Origin: a virus
IMG/VR virus record: IMGVR_UViG_3300005077_000003
Coordinates: 1-64,000 of that record
Direction: 5' to 3' (one strand)
DNA: 64,000 nt
Shown: positions 8,665-19,858 of the stretch, one piece after another
How the letters are laid out: each line of letters starts with the position of its first letter
How positions within the stretch are numbered: position 1 is the first letter of the stretch
Position numbers and translations under genes: made by a program
The notes under the pieces: generated by a model
Seen by the model: the letters and a program-made list of their open reading frames with translations, nothing else
Databases searched by the model: none
What the model was told of the DNA's origin: nothing

Positions 8665-9757
8665 TAGTAAGTTCTCCTAAATTATTATATATTTTAGTAT
8701 CAAGTTCCTCAACTAACTTAGTTCTAAGTTCGTTGTCTTTTGTTAAAAGTTCAAAAATTGCCTCCTTCCCGCGCACTTTGCCATCAGGAAGTAGTTCGTG
8801 TTTATACCATCCTCCTCCACCTAGTTCCAATACTTCGTTTGCTATCAATGCACAAATATTACAATGTATTGCATCTAGTCCTCTACCATACTTAAACTCA
8901 AGAATTACTTCTCTAAGTTCTTGATCATTCATCTTTGATTTCTCAAGTGTTAGCACCTGAGGCCAGCCTGAAAGAATTGTTTTTGCTTTTGCTGATCCTG
9001 GTGGAGTATATTTAATAAATCCTCCGGTAAAAGAATCTTGTGCAGCCCTACGCGCCATTAGTCTCCAGTATGCCCAATGCTTTACTGCGTTCCCGCCTCT
9101 AATTGCGGTTATTTTAAATTTACTTGTGCTTGGTACATCATATATTTGCCCAATAAATATAGTTGGGCAACCTAACCAGCCATCATTTGTAGGTGATATT
9201 AGTTTAATTGCTTTACGAAAAAATACGCCGAACTTTCTTTGTAGATCTAGCATAGTAGAGTCTTCCATATGCTTATCTAATTCACTCTTTGGTATCAGGC
9301 CACCAATAGAGTCAATTACCCACATATTTACTGCTTTAGTTTTTACTATTGCTAAACCTTCTTCTAAGAGCTCCTCCATATGCTGGTGCTCTTCATGTTC
9401 TGGGCGATTTTGAACAATTAATCTTTCAATATCTACGCCTAGCTTAATACACCAATCTATATCAAGCGCATCCTCTGTATCAGTCCATAATGCAACAAAT
9501 TCCTCATTTATTGCTTGGTTGTATGCTATTATTTGTAATAATAATGTAGTTTTAGCAACCCTTTCTGGACCTCCAATTACACCAAACTTACCATTAGGTA
9601 TGCCGCCGTTCATCATTTTATTAAGTGTAATAAATGGCGTTTTTAAATATGTTACTGGTGCTATGTTGCCAAATCCAATATTTACATCTCTTTTATGACT
9701 AGCTGAATATTTTTCAAGTGCTTTCGCTATAACGTTTTTCTTTTGTTCTATGTCCAT
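8621..9757 (-). CDS. recA: RecA/UvsX-like recombinase
   Basis: LNKMMNGGIPNG, GPERVAKTT Walker A variant, DTEDALD..W..KLGVD, VIDSIG, GGNAVKH. Confidence 0.9.
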   Translation of the reverse strand: MDIEQKKNVIAKALEKYSASHKRDVNIGFGNIAPVTYLKTPFITLNKMMNGGIPNGKFGVIGGPERVAKTTLLLQIIAYNQAINEEFVALWTDTEDALDIDWCIKLGVDIERLIVQNRPEHEEHQHMEELLEEGLAIVKTKAVNMWVIDSIGGLIPKSELDKHMEDSTMLDLQRKFGVFFRKAIKLISPTNDGWLGCPTIFIGQIYDVPSTSKFKITAIRGGNAVKHWAYWRLMARRAAQDSFTGGFIKYTPPGSAKAKTILSGWPQVLTLEKSKMNDQELREVILEFKYGRGLDAIHCNICALIANEVLELGGGGWYKHELLPDGKVRGKEAIFELLTKDNELRTKLVEELDTKIYNNLGELTNDGQMEYTESNESD

Positions 9758-9974
9758 GTGAAATAATTTCTAGTATAAAATTAAGAACCAAAAATGCTGT
9801 TTTAGATGTGGAGTTTAAGTACTTTGATAATTCTTTTTCTAAAGATAGTCTCTTTTTTATATCAGGCTCATCTAATTGACTGTAATCTACTATTCTAGAT
9901 AATAGATCGTCAAAACCATCAGTAGCTATCCCTTCGTCTATCTTTTCATAGGAGTCATCCGACATAATTATCAT
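9714..9974 (-). CDS. Hypothetical protein
   Basis: ORF track; co-oriented. Confidence 0.55.
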   Translation of the reverse strand: MIIMSDDSYEKIDEGIATDGFDDLLSRIVDYSQLDEPDIKKRLSLEKELSKYLNSTSKTAFLVLNFILEIISHGHRTKEKRYSEST

Positions 9975-10149
9975 TTTTATTATTTCGTAGCCTCAGTTGA
10001 AATCTTACTTCTCTATATATAGCCATATATAAAGCAACAATAAGCATTGTTGTAAGTAGTGATCCTATAATAAATGGGAAATTTATAAATAATACTCCCA
10101 TAAGTATTAGTACTAAAATAATTGATATAGTAATTAAATGAGCTTTCAT
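9955..10149 (-). CDS. Small membrane protein
   Basis: Two hydrophobic segments. Confidence 0.55.
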   Translation of the reverse strand: MKAHLITISIILVLILMGVLFINFPFIIGSLLTTMLIVALYMAIYREVRFQLRLRNNKNDNYVG

Positions 10150-10556
10150 TCTTCTTGTCTACCCTTAGAAGATTTTATTTTTCTGTAAATCTTCTCATAT
10201 ATTTCTGGATGACTATTTAATAGTTCATTTGCTATCAAGGATTCTTCATGTATGTATGAAAATGTCCACAAAGATATCATCGCTACTAGCTTCTTATCGT
10301 AGTTTTCACATACAAATAGCCAATCTTTACCCTCCATCTTGGCCCTATTAATAAGCTTCTTTAAGTCTGGACCAGCTACAGATGCTCCAGCAGTTGATCT
10401 CATCTTAACTTCACATACAAACTTATTGCTTCTAAGATCGTTGTCTTTAAATACAGATCCAGACCCAGCTGTTGAATTAAAATAGGGTTCTAAAAACTTT
10501 AGAACCCTATCTTCAACCTCATCACCTTTGTCTCTGGTGCTCTTATTCTTCGTCAT
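10146..10556 (-). CDS. PD-(D/E)XK nuclease, resolvase-like
   Basis: KGDEVEDRV...GSGS..KDNDL....FVCEVK. Confidence 0.7.
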   Translation of the reverse strand: MTKNKSTRDKGDEVEDRVLKFLEPYFNSTAGSGSVFKDNDLRSNKFVCEVKMRSTAGASVAGPDLKKLINRAKMEGKDWLFVCENYDKKLVAMISLWTFSYIHEESLIANELLNSHPEIYEKIYRKIKSSKGRQEE

Positions 10557-11151
10557 CTTCCTCTTCTTCTTTTTCTTCGTAAGTAATACTGTCTATATTA
10601 TTATTGCTAAATAAAAGATTAATAAAATCTTTCATTTGTTTTGCAATTTGATCATTTATATCAGTATTCTTTTGAATAGTAATAGTTTTCTCTTTCTTAG
10701 GAGTATCATTAGTTGTATTATCAATATCAAATAGCTTATTAAAATTGCTATCTGATATAGCCATACCAGAATGTAAACCAATAAGAAAAGTATTATACAA
10801 TATATTTGTTATTGCATTATATGCATCTGCTACACTCATGGCGTCATCAACTGGATCACTATTAAATGTAGCTTGATTTATATCATTCACATCAGGCGGT
10901 GTCAATAAAGTATTATTAATAATTAGCTTAGCATATAAATTAGCTATATTGTCCACAACAGGACCCATAAACTTCTCTTGTGACTTAAACTTTTCATATT
11001 TAAGTCTTATAGCACTTTGATCTAGCGATAGAAAGTTGCTTTGTATCTGTAGTGCTGTTTTTCTAGATATGTTCTGCTTCTTATCAAAATCTTTATTGGT
11101 TGCCATTATATTCTCCGGCTTATATCCTATCCGTATACTATATTTCCGCAC
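10543..11151 (-). CDS. Hypothetical protein
   Basis: ORF track; acidic C-terminus. Confidence 0.6.
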   Translation of the reverse strand: MRKYSIRIGYKPENIMATNKDFDKKQNISRKTALQIQSNFLSLDQSAIRLKYEKFKSQEKFMGPVVDNIANLYAKLIINNTLLTPPDVNDINQATFNSDPVDDAMSVADAYNAITNILYNTFLIGLHSGMAISDSNFNKLFDIDNTTNDTPKKEKTITIQKNTDINDQIAKQMKDFINLLFSNNNIDSITYEEKEEEEDDEE

Positions 11152-11682
11152 TTAAGAGTTTAAATATTCTTTTTCAGCTCGTCTTAGTGCAGACCGAAGT
11201 ACCTCAACATGGCTACTAATTGCATACCAAGCATTTGTAATAATTCTAGAAATAGTTTCAGAATCCCTCGCCGCATCTATTGCGTCTTTTGCTAAATATC
11301 TACTAGCAGCTTTAACGTCTTCATCATTCATTTTAACAGTATCCCCAGCATCCCTCATTAGGTCTCTTTCCCGTTTAATGTCAAGAGAATACTGTGCTGA
11401 TACTATTTTTGATGTACTTTCTGCTCTGCTAGAAGTACCTTGTAAATAACCTACCATCTCTGCCATCTTGGCATGGATAGCAGATAAAACAAGCATATCA
11501 GTCTCCATCTCGGCAGCGTTCCATGTTTTTTCTTTTTCCTGGTATCTTCTAATGATAGCTAATGCAGCTCTCATATCATCAAAATAAGCGTGCATACCAG
11601 TAAACCTATGAATAGACGGAGGTACTGGTGTATCAATAGATTCCACTTTTTCTATAATATCTTGTATGTTGTATGATGTCAT
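11152..11682 (-). CDS. Helical hypothetical protein (possible recombination mediator)
   Basis: Coiled-coil-like; position near recA; function is inference. Confidence 0.45.
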   Translation of the reverse strand: MTSYNIQDIIEKVESIDTPVPPSIHRFTGMHAYFDDMRAALAIIRRYQEKEKTWNAAEMETDMLVLSAIHAKMAEMVGYLQGTSSRAESTSKIVSAQYSLDIKRERDLMRDAGDTVKMNDEDVKAASRYLAKDAIDAARDSETISRIITNAWYAISSHVEVLRSALRRAEKEYLNS

Positions 11683-13688
11683 ATAATATTTTCTAGTGTT
11701 ATAGGCGTATAGCCATTAAGTAGTAAAGATTTTCTTCTATTACATATCGAAGAGGCCATTGCCTCTCCCTCAGACCTAAATTTGTTTAGCTTTAGGTCTT
11801 CAGTAATAATTGTACCATTATACATATATCTATTAATTACTCCAGTTATTAGAGCTAACAACAAATCATACCTAGAAATATTAGAATTAGCTGATTTTTC
11901 TAAACTTAATAATAAATTATCTTCTTTTTTATATAGCTTTGAAAAAATTGTACTAAGTTTTGACATATATAAGCAGTATGATCCAATCTTTGGAAAGGGT
12001 GACTCATTAAAATCCCATTCATAATATAGACTGCTAGTGTTATTGTTAACTTCACAAACAAATGGCATTATTTTTCCTTCATAAGATACCATTCTCAGTA
12101 AAAAATCTTTAAGTGGTTCTTCTATAATATTTAATAACTCTTGTAAACAATGGCTTAAAGCTGTAGTTTTTAGTTCTATAGAGCTATTTAATGGTGCTTT
12201 AGGAAGTAACTTAGGTAATGATAAATCCTTACCTACTATTTTAAATCCTTTTAGTATTTCCTTTATTGCTGTAGCTTTTAGAGCGTTTGAAGGGTTATAA
12301 TAACCACTATATTGGTCAACTTTAATAACTATACTCCTTAACTCATTTGTCCCAATTTGATTATTTATATCTGTACTATTGCATAATTGTATATTACTAG
12401 TAATGTACTTATTATGCCAATCTTCAAACTGTTGAGTTGTATCTTGTAGCTTTAATACTTGTATTGTGATTTGTCTGTTATCATATTCATTATTCTCTAT
12501 AACTGGCAAATCACTTGGAAGTAATTTAATTTCATCATCTGTTAATTCTACATCAGTATCTACTTTATTATTAACCATGCTAATAATATTAGAATTATCT
12601 TTTGTATTATAAGCCAGGTCATATATAAAGTCAACTATGTCTTGTACTTTATTACTAGGTATATTCCGTATTCTAGTTGGAGAAAACGTATCTAAATTAA
12701 ATTTACTAGCTATATATTGTATAAATGTAGTAATATTTTGTATTTCAATAGTACCTGAACGTTTTGGTACTATAGATAAATTAAACTCTTTATTAGACGA
12801 CTCTGGTAGTATTGCTATATTAAAACTTGTTTGAAAAGATTCCTCTTGGAATGAGAAATAGCTATCTTTAATTGATAAAAATACACCACTACTTTTATTT
12901 TTATATTTAAATTCTAAAAAAGTACCTTCCTCAAGTTTTCCTGTATAGTTGAAGCATTTTTTTACTGTTTCTTCATGAACAAATTGTATAATAGTATTAA
13001 GAATATATATACAATTAATTTTATCTATTCTTTTAAGAATTTTATCAGTATTATTTGCTATAAAACTTGATAGCTCTTTAGCAGATTTTATTGGTGTATA
13101 TATATCATTAAATTTAGTTTTTAATATACTTCTTATATCAGTAAAATTATTACTATTAAAAACATTTTTTGCTTCATTGTATAGTATATCATATATAGTA
13201 ATTTTCCCTAATTTAATTTGTTCTTTAACTACATTAATTAGTGTTTTATACAATTCTTCTTCTGATATAATACTATCTATAATAAAATAGGTATTATTTT
13301 TTTGATTTATTATATCATTAAAGAATTCATTGCTATCTGTTGCACAAAGTTGTATATTATCAGTATTAGCAACACACTTTTCTAAAGATTGAGCCGGTGT
13401 AAATTCCTCATTAAATACTAAATAGCTATTGTAACTAGCAAGATCAGTTACTTGTAATAATTCAATTTGCTTTTCTTTATAAGTAATTTCTATATTTTTA
13501 TTATCAAAAGTATGTATTATTTTAGTTGTATCACTATCTAGTAATAGCCTATCATATCCATCAGTTATACCAATTGTTGTAGCAATATCGGTTAGTTTAT
13601 ACTTGTTTAAAGTTAATGTAAGAAATCCATGTTCGTTTCTACCATTTACTATAGCACCTACTATAGGAATTCTGTTGTCTCTTCGCAT
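11679..13688 (-). CDS. Large hypothetical protein, 669 aa
   Basis: Long ORF overlapping both neighbours. Confidence 0.7.
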   Translation of the reverse strand: MRRDNRIPIVGAIVNGRNEHGFLTLTLNKYKLTDIATTIGITDGYDRLLLDSDTTKIIHTFDNKNIEITYKEKQIELLQVTDLASYNSYLVFNEEFTPAQSLEKCVANTDNIQLCATDSNEFFNDIINQKNNTYFIIDSIISEEELYKTLINVVKEQIKLGKITIYDILYNEAKNVFNSNNFTDIRSILKTKFNDIYTPIKSAKELSSFIANNTDKILKRIDKINCIYILNTIIQFVHEETVKKCFNYTGKLEEGTFLEFKYKNKSSGVFLSIKDSYFSFQEESFQTSFNIAILPESSNKEFNLSIVPKRSGTIEIQNITTFIQYIASKFNLDTFSPTRIRNIPSNKVQDIVDFIYDLAYNTKDNSNIISMVNNKVDTDVELTDDEIKLLPSDLPVIENNEYDNRQITIQVLKLQDTTQQFEDWHNKYITSNIQLCNSTDINNQIGTNELRSIVIKVDQYSGYYNPSNALKATAIKEILKGFKIVGKDLSLPKLLPKAPLNSSIELKTTALSHCLQELLNIIEEPLKDFLLRMVSYEGKIMPFVCEVNNNTSSLYYEWDFNESPFPKIGSYCLYMSKLSTIFSKLYKKEDNLLLSLEKSANSNISRYDLLLALITGVINRYMYNGTIITEDLKLNKFRSEGEAMASSICNRRKSLLLNGYTPITLENII

Positions 13689-15403
13689 TGTATATCCTCA
13701 GATAGTTGTTTAAAAGCACCAACATTTTGTATTGGCTTAGCAGTAATATTGTTACGTTTAACAATTTTCTCTAAAAGATCTCCTAATCTAGATACTTCAG
13801 TTGATATTTTTGTTGATTGTGCTACAAAATCATTTTCATCTATTGTGACATGGTTCTTTTGTTTTCCCTCGACAAAGTTTTTCCAAAGTAAACTAGCATA
13901 TAGTTTTTTAAATGGTTTATCATTAAAAGTAGCTATATCTGCAAGTATTTTATGTTTAAATGTTATATTTTCACCTGATATAGAAAACTTACCCATAGCT
14001 ATTTTAATATTATTTGATATAGAACTATAATTTGATAATATTTTACCAACTATACTTTGAGGTAGTATATTAGCATTATATGCTATTAAATTTGCTATAG
14101 TTAAACTAAGTACAGCAGTTTGCACTCCTTTAGTGGTATCCAATGGACTAGAACTATTAGTAATTTCATTCCATATTTGGTTTTCAAGTTCTGAATTCTC
14201 TGTCATATAGTCAACTATCAAGGCGGTTTTGCGAACTATATCTGTAGTAGTTAAGATCTCATGTAAGGTATCTAATGATGATCTTACGGATGCATATGAG
14301 CTTGGTACAAAATAACTATCCATCATTTCTATAATGTTATTTATTATACCAATTATATTTCCTGATATATTACCTGTGGATTCTGCTATACCAATAGGTA
14401 ATGTTCTACATAATACATTTGCAAATGCCTTCCTTTGACAAGAAACTTCTTCATTATATACTTCTGATAGAGCTACTTCAACTGCTCTATAGGCCATTAG
14501 CATTCTGTACATCATGCTGGCCCTTCTAGAAGATATGATTAATCTTTGCTGATTAATAACTAATTGTGAGCTCTTGTCAATAAAATACGTGAGAAATCTA
14601 TTAACAAATAGACTATATGATTCACCTGATTCTGTTTTAATTTTTTCTAGTATTCTTGCGGCATTAGTGAAGATCTCTGTGAGATCTTTACCAATTTCAG
14701 CAAGTTTAGTATTGGTTTCCAATCCATTGGAATCAAATTCTGTCTTGTAATTTGTCCATTCTACCAAACCAGGAGAGTCACTTGGTCCTTCTCTTTGTAT
14801 AATAGAATCTCTTACTATGTCATCTAATTGATCGAATCCTTTAGTATAAATAAAACATCCCATTCTATCTACTAAAGCTTCATCTAAAATTTCAGTTCCT
14901 TCCATACCATATGGGTTCATGCAAGCAAATACAATCTTTGCTCCAGTAGGTCTGCCATATATAGTTCTTGATCTAATCAATTCAAATAGGCTGTTCTGCT
15001 GTCTTCTTGTTTGCCTATTGAATTCGTCAAGGACTACTATCTTTTTATCCCATATAGTAATAGGACTTCTTACAAAGTTTACATATCCACTGCTAAATGT
15101 AGTTGGGTTAGGGAATCCTATCAATTCTTCGAATTGGACTTTGCTACAGTCATATATTGCGTGCTGTGTCCATTTTTTAGGAAGTATACCAAATTCATTA
15201 TAGTCGTTTATTTCAATATTAGTAGGCTCATATTTTGTTTTGCTATGTTCTAATAAGGCTACTGCTAGCAACCTGGCAATCTCTGTCTTTGCTGATCCAT
15301 GTTCGCCAATTAATAAAATTGGGCTTCCTAATAGCATTCCTGCAAGGATGCTCTTCTCATCAGCAGGATCAATACCGTAAATTCCTAATTTGTCTAATAT
15401 CAT
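13661..15403 (-). CDS. MoxR-like AAA+ ATPase
   Basis: GEHGSAKT Walker A, VVLDEFNR Walker B, CMNP sensor, ALVDRM. Confidence 0.85.
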   Translation of the reverse strand: MILDKLGIYGIDPADEKSILAGMLLGSPILLIGEHGSAKTEIARLLAVALLEHSKTKYEPTNIEINDYNEFGILPKKWTQHAIYDCSKVQFEELIGFPNPTTFSSGYVNFVRSPITIWDKKIVVLDEFNRQTRRQQNSLFELIRSRTIYGRPTGAKIVFACMNPYGMEGTEILDEALVDRMGCFIYTKGFDQLDDIVRDSIIQREGPSDSPGLVEWTNYKTEFDSNGLETNTKLAEIGKDLTEIFTNAARILEKIKTESGESYSLFVNRFLTYFIDKSSQLVINQQRLIISSRRASMMYRMLMAYRAVEVALSEVYNEEVSCQRKAFANVLCRTLPIGIAESTGNISGNIIGIINNIIEMMDSYFVPSSYASVRSSLDTLHEILTTTDIVRKTALIVDYMTENSELENQIWNEITNSSSPLDTTKGVQTAVLSLTIANLIAYNANILPQSIVGKILSNYSSISNNIKIAMGKFSISGENITFKHKILADIATFNDKPFKKLYASLLWKNFVEGKQKNHVTIDENDFVAQSTKISTEVSRLGDLLEKIVKRNNITAKPIQNVGAFKQLSEDIQCEETTEFL

Positions 15404-16761
15404 TTTACAATATCATCTAGCATGTATGAAGTATATTTTTCTGATAAATAATTTTTCTTATTAGTAGAATTACCAAATAGTATAACTGCTACATCATTTA
15501 TTTTAGATTCGCATTCACGCTTGTTTGCTTCTTTTAAATCAGCATATCCATCAGTAAATATAATAATTTTCTTATAATTATTTTCTATGGTGTGCTTTAT
15601 AACACAGTCAAAATCAGTTCCCCCTGTGCTATCTATTTCTCCCCTAGAAAGAGCAGCAATGCTTTTTTCTACTACCTTATTTGAGAAACAGAAAATAGTA
15701 TTTATATTGCGCTTTATATTTCTCAAAAGCGCCAGTATCTTTGGAAGATATTCTATAACAGAACCAGATACATCTAAGTATACTGCACAACCAGATTCAG
15801 ATTCTTTCATAAATCTATCTGTGTTATGCCAGAATACTGGTAAATAACCACAGGCTACCTGTGCTAAATCTCCCTTAGATGGGTTAATAGGAACAACGTC
15901 TGCAACTGGCTCTTCTTCTTCAAAGAACCCCTTAAGAACATTTAATTTTTTACTTATAGTAAATCTTTTAAGGACTCTTAGTTGTAATCTTTGATTAGAC
16001 TGTATTAATTTTAATATATAACTATTAATATCTATACCATACCCACTCTGTGTAATACTTTCAACTATATCTTTTAATGATTGTGAAACTATATCTTTAT
16101 ATGAATCGCTAGGCTTAGGTATGCTATCAGATTTATCATCGTCATCTGAATTATTATGTGATCCAAGATATAAAGTTTCTTGCATTACTTTTAGTGGTAC
16201 CATTAATTTAATAGTATTTCTAAGTGATTCATCAGAAATATCAACTATATCATTTTGGTATATTCTATATTGTTGTGGATATAATACACTATGTAGTTTA
16301 AAGTATTTATTTGACCTTGCAACTTTTCTAGTCGCAAGTAATTTTTGGTCGCGATGCTTATATAAATTATCTAATAAAGTAAGGTTAGTACAATAATTGT
16401 AAAGCTTATTTGTTAATATATGGGATACGGCCGCATTAATTCTAGCATCCTGTGAAAAGTTAGATAAATCTTTCTCTGTATGGTTTATCTTTTTATCAGT
16501 ATCACCAAATACTATATGCAATAGTTCATGTAATAATACTACTTCTGCATCTCGGTCATCGGTTATATAAGTAAACCAAAATTCTTTGTTAACATATATA
16601 GTTCCATTTTCTGTAACACACAAAGTTTGACACCATTGTTCTCTTGTATCTCCTTTGTCTATTACAACAACGTCGTTTATTCCTCTAGTAACAATGGCTG
16701 AATCTTTACCAAAGATTTTTATCATCTTTTGATAAAAGTAATAAGCAGTGGGTATTATCAT
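15400..16761 (-). CDS. Metallopeptidase-like + VWA domain protein (DUF2201-type)
   Basis: HELLH; YLDVSGS and GGTDF MIDAS motifs; IFTDG. Confidence 0.85.
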   Translation of the reverse strand: MIIPTAYYFYQKMIKIFGKDSAIVTRGINDVVVIDKGDTREQWCQTLCVTENGTIYVNKEFWFTYITDDRDAEVVLLHELLHIVFGDTDKKINHTEKDLSNFSQDARINAAVSHILTNKLYNYCTNLTLLDNLYKHRDQKLLATRKVARSNKYFKLHSVLYPQQYRIYQNDIVDISDESLRNTIKLMVPLKVMQETLYLGSHNNSDDDDKSDSIPKPSDSYKDIVSQSLKDIVESITQSGYGIDINSYILKLIQSNQRLQLRVLKRFTISKKLNVLKGFFEEEEPVADVVPINPSKGDLAQVACGYLPVFWHNTDRFMKESESGCAVYLDVSGSVIEYLPKILALLRNIKRNINTIFCFSNKVVEKSIAALSRGEIDSTGGTDFDCVIKHTIENNYKKIIIFTDGYADLKEANKRECESKINDVAVILFGNSTNKKNYLSEKYTSYMLDDIVK

Positions 16762-16772
16762 GATAAAAAAAA

Positions 16773-16794
16773 TAAGGCTGGTTGCCCAGCCTTA
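16773..16794 (-). terminator. Intrinsic terminator
   Basis: TAAGGCTGG-GCAA-CCAGCCTTA then T8. Confidence 0.8.
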
Positions 16795-16815
16795 GTAAAT
16801 ATATAATTAGTAATA

Positions 16816-17436
16816 TTATTCTAATTTATAAATTTCTTCTGATGTTATATATAGCTTATTGTCACCAGATGGAGTAGTAGAACAGACACTTCCAAAAAGA
16901 AGAACTTTTTTGCCTATTAGGGACGGGTCAAAGTCCACAGTATGTATTACTGGGACTTGCCTAGCCTTCCATTCCTTTGTCTTTGGATTCATGTATGATG
17001 TTTCCACTAACATTTTCCCGCTTGGAAGGTACTCTAAAACCTTACCCTCAATAATACATTTATTTATCACTGGTACTGGTGTACTTGATAGTGATATATT
17101 ATTAGAGGATGCCTCTATATTAAACTGAAGAATACCTCCATTATTTTTCCAGTTAGTTATTTTAGCTCCTCTTACTATAACATAAGGAGTAGTACCCTTA
17201 TTTATCGCATCAATTATTTGTTTGTCTTTCTTTAAGAAATCGCCATTTTTATCTTTATTTACAGAGATACCTACCCATACAACTGGGTTAATTACATTTG
17301 TATCAGTACCTCTCATATTAAATGAGAATTTAGGCAGTTCAACCTTTACTCTTAGCGTTCCAAATGGCATATTTTTGACCATTTGGAGTTTATTCCATGT
17401 AATAGTACCACTAAATATTAGTTCGTTTTTATCCAT
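16816..17436 (-). CDS. Putative tandem OB-fold ssDNA-binding protein
   Basis: Beta-rich repeats (FSGTIT.../IIEGKV...LLFGSV); inference. Confidence 0.4.
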   Translation of the reverse strand: MDKNELIFSGTITWNKLQMVKNMPFGTLRVKVELPKFSFNMRGTDTNVINPVVWVGISVNKDKNGDFLKKDKQIIDAINKGTTPYVIVRGAKITNWKNNGGILQFNIEASSNNISLSSTPVPVINKCIIEGKVLEYLPSGKMLVETSYMNPKTKEWKARQVPVIHTVDFDPSLIGKKVLLFGSVCSTTPSGDNKLYITSEEIYKLE

Positions 17437-17876
17437 TAAATATCTCCTGGTAATGCTACGCCATCTGCTTTAGCTCTTTGTCCCATATTTTGTCTTAACA
17501 AAGACTCATGTTGGGAATATTTATACCATACTGATTTATACAAGAAACTCTTTAGGTCTTTATATAAAATTAGCTTCTCTCCTGCTGGCGCAGCAGCTAC
17601 CTCACTAATAATAATCTCTTTTGCTAAAGATAAATCAATTTCCATTGATAAATGGTAACTGTTTGGGCAGAATTGTTGTTTTTGTCTAGTCATCCCTGTA
17701 CTAACAGTAATTTTAGATGGGAATGACGCCATCTCTATTTTTGCATATGCAAGTATATTATTATCAGACATACTCTCAAGAGCTTTATTGCTAACTTCTA
17801 GTACAGTTGATAAATGCTCTATGAAATCATGTCCCCTTGCTTCGTCTGCTTCTATATTAAAGTATTCTTTATTCAT
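17436..17876 (-). CDS. Hypothetical protein
   Basis: ORF track; 1-nt overlap. Confidence 0.6.
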   Translation of the reverse strand: MNKEYFNIEADEARGHDFIEHLSTVLEVSNKALESMSDNNILAYAKIEMASFPSKITVSTGMTRQKQQFCPNSYHLSMEIDLSLAKEIIISEVAAAPAGEKLILYKDLKSFLYKSVWYKYSQHESLLRQNMGQRAKADGVALPGDI

Positions 17877-18045
17877 GTCTTTGATATTTCAAATGAAAAT
17901 TTTTCTTTTACTGCTACTAATAGTTTTATTACTGGAGGGTGCATATGCCTTAGTACATACCAATCAGAAATTGATATAGAGTAACAGTTTTTATTTTTTG
18001 GAGCTGGTTCTCCTATAAATAGCCATATGCCTGCATAATGCAGTA

Positions 18046-18660
18046 TCATTCTATTTTTCCTATATCAGACCAATTTTTAAACATAATTTGCGCTAATTCA
18101 GCAGTTTCTTTTACCATAGAAGAGTCTTTTTTAGCTGCTGTATAGTAGTGAAGTGCTGGAGTATAAAAAATAGTCTTATTATCCTTATCGTATATTATAC
18201 CATAGTTTATGTTAACTGCTTTCTTTTTATAAAAAGAATAGTAGCTTATAGGACCACACAAAACCAGTACTCTAGGATTAAATGTTTTTATTACTTCTTT
18301 TAGTCTATCTGAGCAACTATCTACACAAGACTGTTCTGGTTTGTCATTTTTAACAGGACACATTAAACTAGGTACTACATATATTCTAGTTTTATCTATT
18401 CCAGTGGATGTTAGTATTTTAGAAAACAAAACTCTCTCCAAAGATGACATCTGCATAGGAGAGTTATCATATAAAATAGGATCCGATACTTCAACTTTAT
18501 CTATATCAAGGTATGGAAATGGGATTACTACCAATATATCTCCATTAGGGTGTCCCATACCAAAGTGGTGTCTTTCTCCCTCTAAGTTTTCATGTAATTT
18601 GCATTTAGTACATCCAGAATCATATTTGTTTTCAAGTATGTATATGTCATGTGCTTTCAA
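18046..18660 (-). CDS. Family-4 uracil-DNA-glycosylase-like protein, degenerate active site
   Basis: CTKCKLHE, MCPV, SCSDRL..VI...PRVLVLCG retained; GEAPG and HP motifs lost. Confidence 0.7.
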   Translation of the reverse strand: MKAHDIYILENKYDSGCTKCKLHENLEGERHHFGMGHPNGDILVVIPFPYLDIDKVEVSDPILYDNSPMQMSSLERVLFSKILTSTGIDKTRIYVVPSLMCPVKNDKPEQSCVDSCSDRLKEVIKTFNPRVLVLCGPISYYSFYKKKAVNINYGIIYDKDNKTIFYTPALHYYTAAKKDSSMVKETAELAQIMFKNWSDIGKIE

Positions 18661-19858
18661 GGTAGTTCTCTCTAATCATTTTATCAAAATCTTTTATGGT
18701 TTTATCGTGGTATCGTTTTATTTGAAATTGAGCATTTTCATGGATATTTGTGATCATTTCTTTTTCATTTTCACAAAAATCTAATACCATATTAAATGCA
18801 TTGCAAATACTTTTTTCTATAGGCGGGTACCATTTTCCCCTATTCCCATGAAACCATATATCATCTTTAGCCGTCTGAATTCCGCAATTTACAATAAAAC
18901 AATTATGTTCATTAGCATATTCAGTATGTGCAGTATTATTAGAAACTATGCAAACCTTACCAAGGCCCATAGCTTCTATTAAAGGCTGGTCCCATCCCTC
19001 TCCGGCGCTTATTGAAATATATGTATCAACAGCACTTACTAGTGCTTCCATTAGCTTAAAATCTGCAATATAATTACAAATAGCTATATCTACATTGCTG
19101 CCATTTGAATATCTTTGTAATCTTATATTATATCCTATATGTAACATGTCTACTAACTTATAGTCATGTTGTAAAAGATATTGTACTGGTTGTTTTAAAC
19201 CTTCAGTAAATGGGTTAAACCACAGGCCGATTATTAGTATTTTACTTGATATATTATTAGTGAACTCACTATCAATCATTCTAAAATGCTGCTTCCTTAC
19301 TTCCCATTTTCCACTTGATAGCATAATAGACTTATATTTTAGACTCTTCTTGATTGACTCCATAGCGCTATAAAAACTAGCGCATTGGTTTTTATCAAGT
19401 TCACCACATTCTAATGATGGATATATCCCAGGAGCTAAATATGCATTACTGCTAATATAGTCTTTTAATATATTCACTCCCCATTTACTACAACAGCTAA
19501 CGGTATTTATTTTATTCATTGCCGTTAGCTCTTCTGTCATAAAATTATCAGTTTCAAAATGAATGGTGGCTAATTTTACTGGTATATTATCAGTATGGTT
19601 AAGTATATCATGAGGATGCCATACACTAAAAAATGGCAAATTATCATGTGGTTTTTTTGAAGTATCCCTTTCTACTTCAGCATAGTCTATACCAAACCAA
19701 CTACATATTTTTTGCTCTTCCTCTTTATTCCTATTTAATGATATGACTTTCCAAGCTACGTCATATCCAAGTTTATTCATGTATTTATAGTAAATAGTTG
19801 AAAATATACCTAGTCCTAAAATATTAAGTGGTGCACAATAATTAATTTTTATGCTCAT
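18647..19858 (-). CDS. Glycosyltransferase, GT-B/GT4-like
   Basis: GKWEVRK; SAGEGWDQPLIEAMGLGKVCIVS (E-x7-E motif). Confidence 0.85.
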   Translation of the reverse strand: MSIKINYCAPLNILGLGIFSTIYYKYMNKLGYDVAWKVISLNRNKEEEQKICSWFGIDYAEVERDTSKKPHDNLPFFSVWHPHDILNHTDNIPVKLATIHFETDNFMTEELTAMNKINTVSCCSKWGVNILKDYISSNAYLAPGIYPSLECGELDKNQCASFYSAMESIKKSLKYKSIMLSSGKWEVRKQHFRMIDSEFTNNISSKILIIGLWFNPFTEGLKQPVQYLLQHDYKLVDMLHIGYNIRLQRYSNGSNVDIAICNYIADFKLMEALVSAVDTYISISAGEGWDQPLIEAMGLGKVCIVSNNTAHTEYANEHNCFIVNCGIQTAKDDIWFHGNRGKWYPPIEKSICNAFNMVLDFCENEKEMITNIHENAQFQIKRYHDKTIKDFDKMIRENYLEST

